Sequence record: PQ471515.1
DNA length: 64,000 nt
Reading direction: 5' to 3' (one strand)
Shown here: positions 55,372 through 64,000 of the stretch, one piece after another
Layout: every line of letters starts with the position of its first letter
Position numbering within the stretch: position 1 is the stretch's first letter
Position numbers and translations under genes: made by a program
Notes under the pieces: model-generated
The model's database searches: none
The model's input: only the letters and a program-made list of their open reading frames with translations
Told to the model about the DNA's origin: nothing

Positions 55372-57690
55372 ATGATTAACGTAACCAAGCGTAATGGAAA
55401 AAAAGAACCGTTATCTTTGGATAAGATCCATCAAATTTTATTTTTTGCTGCCGAAGGGCTGAGTGGTGTATCTGTTTCCGAAATTGAAATTCGTGCACAA
55501 CTTCAATTCTTTGAAGGTATTGAAACCAATACTATTCATGATATTCTGATTAAATCAGCAGCAGAACTTATTTCTGAAGATACACCAAACTACCAATACG
55601 TTGCTGGTCGCTTACTAAATTATAGTATCCGTAAGCAAGTGTATGGCGACTATGACCCTATCAAATACACTGCACATCTACAAGAAATGGTAGATACAAA
55701 AATCTATGATCCAGAAATTCTTGAGAAATACACACTTCAAGAAATTGAAGAGCTTGGACGTTACATCAAACATAAACGTGATGATAAATTCACTTATGTT
55801 GCTATGCGTCAGTGGGAAGGAAAGTATCTATATAAGAATCGCGTAACTAAGAAAATCTACGAAACTCCACAAATGGCATATATGACCATTGCAGCAATCA
55901 TCTTTATGGAGTATGATCGCTCTGTACGTATGTCTTATGTTAAGAAGTTTTATGATGCTGTTAGTAACTTTGATATCAGTCTCCCGACTCCTATCATGGC
56001 TGGTCTACGTACCAATACACGTCAGTTTAGTTCTTGTGTAGTACTAAACGTTGGAGATAGTCTAGATAGTATTGGTTCTTCTAACCACGCTATACTACGT
56101 TATATTTCCCGTAAAGCTGGACTTGGTATCAATATGGGCCGCATTCGTGCTCTGGACTCCGAGATTCGTTCAGGTGATGCAGTACACACTGGTTTGATTC
56201 CTTTCATTGCATCAACTGCTAAGACCGTTAAAAGCTGCTCTCAAGGTGGTGTGCGTGGTGGTGCAGCAACCGTCCACTTCCCATTGTGGCATTTGGAATT
56301 TGACAATCTTGTAGTACTGAAAAATAACAAAGGTACTGAGTTCAACCGTGTTCGACAACTTGACTATTGTTTCCAAGTGAACAAAACACTATATCAACGT
56401 TTAGTTGATGGCAAGAATATTACATTCTTTAGTCCTAATGAAGTTCCTGGGCTATATGAAGCATTCTGTTCTAACCAAAAAGAATTTGAAAAGCTGTACA
56501 AGAAGTATGAAGCTGATCCAAGCATTCGTAAAAAATCTGTATCTGCTGTTGAAGTATTCAGTACTCTAATGACTGAGCGTGCAGAAACTGGTCGTATCTA
56601 TATTCAAAACATTGACCATGCAAACACACACTCAACCTTTATTGAATCAATTGCACCAATTGAACAATCCAACTTGTGTCAAGAAATCGCACTACCATCT
56701 GTGCCATTTGATGATATTAATACTGGCGAAGGTTTGATTAGTCTATGTACTTTGAGTGCAATCAACTGGGGTAACTTTGATCGTCCAGAAGATATGGAAA
56801 CTGCTTGTGATCTTTCTGTACGTGCTCTTGATTCTCTATTGGATTATCAAGACTACCCAGTAGTTCATGCAGATCGTGCAACAAAAATGTACCGCCCATT
56901 AGGTGTTGGTATCATTAACTTTGCATACTTCCTTGCTAAACGTGGTTTACGTTATAATGAAGCAGCATTAGAAACAGTTAACGAGTGGGCTGAAGCATGG
57001 TCTTACTATCTAATTAAATCTTCTGTACAGCTTGCTAAAGAGAAAGGTAAGTGTGAAGGTTTTGACACACTAAAATATGCTAAAGGTATTTTACCAATTG
57101 ATACCTATAAAGAAGATATTGATGCGTTGGTATCTCCTGAACTAAAACAAGATTGGGAAACATTGCGTCAGGATATCAAACAATATGGTATTCGTAACGC
57201 AACAACTATGGCACTGATGCCAGCAGAAACTAGTGCACAAATCAGTAACAGTACTAATGGTATTGAGAAACCTCGTTCACTTGTAACTAAGAAACTATCT
57301 AAAGATGGTATTCTGAAACAAGTAGTTCCTGAAATCAATAAGTTGAAAAACAAATATGATTTATTGTGGGACCAGAAAGATAACATCGGTTATCTACAAA
57401 TCTGTGGTGTTCTTCAGAAATACATTGACCAAAGTATCAGTGTGAATACCAGTTACAATCCAGCACACTTCCCTGATGGTAAGTTGCCAATGTCAACACT
57501 ACTAACTGAATTAATGTATGCATACAAAGTTGGTTTGAAAAATCTGTACTATCATAATACTAATGATGGTTCTGATGAAGTTGATGTTGAGAAAGTACTA
57601 AAAGAAGCTGCAAAACCAGAATCAGGACAGTTTGTGTTACCCACACTACCTGACTTAGATGAAGGTGATTGTGATAGTTGTAAGATCTAA
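55372..57690 (+). CDS. nrdA: Class Ia ribonucleotide reductase alpha subunit
   Basis: ATP cone; QFSSC, SNLCQE, LMPAETS, C-terminal CDSCKI. Confidence 0.97.
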   Translation: MINVTKRNGKKEPLSLDKIHQILFFAAEGLSGVSVSEIEIRAQLQFFEGIETNTIHDILIKSAAELISEDTPNYQYVAGRLLNYSIRKQVYGDYDPIKYTAHLQEMVDTKIYDPEILEKYTLQEIEELGRYIKHKRDDKFTYVAMRQWEGKYLYKNRVTKKIYETPQMAYMTIAAIIFMEYDRSVRMSYVKKFYDAVSNFDISLPTPIMAGLRTNTRQFSSCVVLNVGDSLDSIGSSNHAILRYISRKAGLGINMGRIRALDSEIRSGDAVHTGLIPFIASTAKTVKSCSQGGVRGGAATVHFPLWHLEFDNLVVLKNNKGTEFNRVRQLDYCFQVNKTLYQRLVDGKNITFFSPNEVPGLYEAFCSNQKEFEKLYKKYEADPSIRKKSVSAVEVFSTLMTERAETGRIYIQNIDHANTHSTFIESIAPIEQSNLCQEIALPSVPFDDINTGEGLISLCTLSAINWGNFDRPEDMETACDLSVRALDSLLDYQDYPVVHADRATKMYRPLGVGIINFAYFLAKRGLRYNEAALETVNEWAEAWSYYLIKSSVQLAKEKGKCEGFDTLKYAKGILPIDTYKEDIDALVSPELKQDWETLRQDIKQYGIRNATTMALMPAETSAQISNSTNGIEKPRSLVTKKLSKDGILKQVVPEINKLKNKYDLLWDQKDNIGYLQICGVLQKYIDQSISVNTSYNPAHFPDGKLPMSTLLTELMYAYKVGLKNLYYHNTNDGSDEVDVEKVLKEAAKPESGQFVLPTLPDLDEGDCDSCKI

Positions 57691-57692
57691 TT

Positions 57693-57720
57693 AAAGATCC
57701 CGCTTCGGCGGGATTTATTT
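57693..57720 (+). terminator. Intrinsic terminator
   Basis: ATCCCGC-TTCG-GCGGGAT followed by TTATTT. Confidence 0.8.
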
Positions 57721-57735
57721 CATAGGAGTGATATA

Positions 57736-58509
57736 ATGAAAGTTGACTATCGTAGTCCAATAGATATTGGATTCATAGAAGAATTTTGGGATGATCTTGA
57801 TATGGATATGATTGTTCGCTATCAAAAACTCCCACAAGACTTTATAAAAAAACATTTTGATAAAATGAACCCTAATATGTTAGCTCGATATCAAACAATG
57901 ACAACTGATTTTCTTAAAGAAAAGTGGGAGTGGTTTGATAAAAATGTTATTGCACAATATGTAGTCATGCCAATGGAATTGATTATGGAAAAATGGAATG
58001 ACTTCAAAGATAACTTTCTGGATACTGTTGCTAAGTATCAAAAACTAACACAAGATTTTATTCAAGACAAATGGAATGACCTTGTTGAATTTAGAGATGG
58101 TGTAATGTCGGAAATTTCCAGATACCAAAAACTAACACTTGATTTCATTAAAGATAAATGGGATTATATTGATAAGAACTATATTTCATATTATCAAACT
58201 TTAACGGTTGATTTTATCAAAGATAATATTACTGCATTAAATGTTGCAGCAGTATCCGCATTTCAAATACTATCGGATGATATACGCTCATCGATGGGGT
58301 TAGAAGCACCAGCAAAAACTATTACGGGTAATCAAATACTCGCGTTGGACCCATGTGCCGATGGTATGGCTCGATACAATGCTCATACACCTGACAATAA
58401 TACAGTTTTGACATGGAATGAACTACTTACACTACACTTGGGTTCACAAGAAGGAATTAGTGATATCCATTGGCTATCATATAAATTGGGTCATAAAATT
58501 AATACATAA
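57736..58509 (+). CDS. Tandem ~22-aa Trp/Gln repeat protein between nrdA and nrdB
   Basis: About 7 repeats of I.RYQ.L..DFI...W...D. Confidence 0.75.
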   Translation: MKVDYRSPIDIGFIEEFWDDLDMDMIVRYQKLPQDFIKKHFDKMNPNMLARYQTMTTDFLKEKWEWFDKNVIAQYVVMPMELIMEKWNDFKDNFLDTVAKYQKLTQDFIQDKWNDLVEFRDGVMSEISRYQKLTLDFIKDKWDYIDKNYISYYQTLTVDFIKDNITALNVAAVSAFQILSDDIRSSMGLEAPAKTITGNQILALDPCADGMARYNAHTPDNNTVLTWNELLTLHLGSQEGISDIHWLSYKLGHKINT

Positions 58510-58521
58510 AGGAATATATAT

Positions 58522-59646
58522 ATGTCAGTTTTCAAAATTAATGAGAAGTCTCACCTAGAAAAGAATATGTTTTTTGATGAAAGTGTTGATATTCAACGAT
58601 TTGAAAGTAACAAATACTCTACACTTGAAAAACTAACTGAACAACAGAAAAGTTTCTTCTGGACACCAGGTGAAGTTGACGTATCTAAAGATAAAATTGA
58701 TTTTGCTAACCTCAATGATTCTGAGAAGCATATCTTTACATCAAACTTAAAACGTCAAATCCTTCTTGATTCAGTTCAAGGTCGTGGTCCTAATCTAATG
58801 CTACTGCCATATGCATCTCTACCTGAACTTGAAAACTTTATTGAAACATGGGCGTTCTTTGAAGGTGCTATTCATAGTAAATCATATACACATATTATTC
58901 GTAACATTTATCCTAATCCATCTGAAGTTTTTGATACTATGTTGGACATTCCAGAAATCACTGATTGTGCTGCTGATGTTTCAAAATACTATGATGACCT
59001 TGATGAACTAGGAACATTGTATCGTGCATTAGGTGAAGGCACTCATACTGTTAATGGTAAAACTATTGAAATTAATATGTATGATCTAAAGAAAAAACTA
59101 TGGTTATGTTTGAATAGTATTAACATTCTTGAAGGTGTTCGTTTTTATGCTAGTTTTGCTTGTTCATGGGCATTTGCAGAGAACAACCTCATGGAAGGTA
59201 ATGCAAAGATTATTCGTCTAATTTGTCGTGATGAAAACCTTCATCTCGCAGCAACACAAATGATTTTACGTCTTCTAAAGAAAGAAGATCCAGATATGGT
59301 AAAAATTGCCGAAGAGTGCTATGATGAAGTACTGGAAATGTTTATGTCTGCTATTCGCCAAGAAGAAGCATGGGCAGATTTCCTCTTTAAAGATGGTTCT
59401 ATTATTGGATTGAACTCTGAAATTCTTAAACAGTATGTTCGCTGGATTGGTTCTAAGCGTATGACTGCACTTGGTATCAAATGTCCATATACTGTATCCA
59501 AGAGTAACCCACTACCGTGGACTGAACACTGGGTAAGTGGTAGTTCTGTACAGGTAGCACCACAAGAAACTGAAATCAGTTCTTATATCATTGGTGGTAT
59601 TGTGAATGATATCCAAGGTGATACATTCTCACCATTTAAACTATAA
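58522..59646 (+). CDS. nrdB: Ribonucleotide reductase beta subunit
   Basis: FFWTPGE, DSVQGRGP, E..HSKSY, LEGVRFY, RDENLH, APQETEISSY. Confidence 0.97.
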   Translation: MSVFKINEKSHLEKNMFFDESVDIQRFESNKYSTLEKLTEQQKSFFWTPGEVDVSKDKIDFANLNDSEKHIFTSNLKRQILLDSVQGRGPNLMLLPYASLPELENFIETWAFFEGAIHSKSYTHIIRNIYPNPSEVFDTMLDIPEITDCAADVSKYYDDLDELGTLYRALGEGTHTVNGKTIEINMYDLKKKLWLCLNSINILEGVRFYASFACSWAFAENNLMEGNAKIIRLICRDENLHLAATQMILRLLKKEDPDMVKIAEECYDEVLEMFMSAIRQEEAWADFLFKDGSIIGLNSEILKQYVRWIGSKRMTALGIKCPYTVSKSNPLPWTEHWVSGSSVQVAPQETEISSYIIGGIVNDIQGDTFSPFKL

Positions 59647-59658
59647 AATAAAACTAAC

Positions 59659-59682
59659 AGGGATTCTATGAATCCCTTTTCT
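59659..59682 (+). terminator. Intrinsic terminator after nrdB
   Basis: AGGGATTC-TAT-GAATCCCT followed by TTTC. Confidence 0.65.
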
Positions 59683-59694
59683 TATGGAATTTAT

Positions 59695-59862
59695 ATGAGT
59701 GATATTTTTACAATTGAGCGTAATGTTATCTATGACTTTTACCTAACTGGTGGATTTAAGGTAACTGGTGCAGTATCTGATGTTTGTCCCAATGGCCTTG
59801 TACTTGTAGATGGTACTAGAGTCGTTCAGGCACACATTGTCATGTTTGTACCAACCGAATAA
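59695..59862 (+). CDS. Small Sm/Hfq-like protein (55 aa)
   Basis: FYLTGGFKVTG.V......LVL......V...HI...VP follows the Hfq Sm1/Sm2 pattern. Confidence 0.45.
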   Translation: MSDIFTIERNVIYDFYLTGGFKVTGAVSDVCPNGLVLVDGTRVVQAHIVMFVPTE

Positions 59863-59867
59863 AATTT

Positions 59868-59895
59868 AGGACAAACACCAGAACTGTGCTATAAT
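59868..59895 (+). promoter_or_regulatory. RRGACA-N16-TATAAT promoter
   Basis: AGGACA-16 nt-TATAAT, TG-extended. Confidence 0.65.
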
Positions 59896-59897
59896 GA

Positions 59898-62758
<2,861 letters not shown>

Positions 62759-62782
62759 AATCTTATTGTTATTTTTATAAAG

Positions 62783-62789
62783 TATTTAC
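62783..62789 (-). promoter_or_regulatory. Late-like promoter (GTAAATA) for the holin-like pair
   Basis: TAAATA core ~40 nt upstream of ATG 62742. Confidence 0.5.
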
Positions 62790-62835
62790 CCAAATTTACG
62801 TTTTTTTGATAGTTTATATGGAGTTAAAGTAATAA

Positions 62836-64000
<1,165 letters not shown>

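Overview
This is 64 kb of an AT-rich, T4-related jumbo myophage genome. Gene order and the capsid sequence resemble, from memory and not from a search, the RaK2/GAP32/PBECO4-type enterobacterial jumbo phages. The window holds baseplate/tail genes, a gp55-like late sigma, gp47/gp46, endonuclease VII, the head module (portal, protease, scaffold, capsid), a family B polymerase, clamp, terminase, ssb/UvsX/UvsY/UvsW, primase/helicase, nrdAB, two T4-t-like holin paralogues, DHFR and a partial RNase HI. The strongest signal is that three late, potentially toxic genes (large terminase and both holin-like genes) are each interrupted by the same +1 frame break at an in-frame CGG-A. Skipping the C gives GGA (Gly) and restores the protein, including the invariant Walker A glycine of TerL. 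This points to a shared recoding switch; a systematic sequencing error is the alternative. Other notable items: an ORF-free ~450-nt structured transcript; a degenerate TerL-ATPase paralogue; a 212-aa minimal DnaE; Hfq-like and YggL-like small proteins; a synonymously recoded capsid 3' end beside a homing endonuclease; a 16-bp-spaced RRGACA/TATAAT promoter class; and strong over-representation of AGTACT. All homology calls are by motif recognition by eye.
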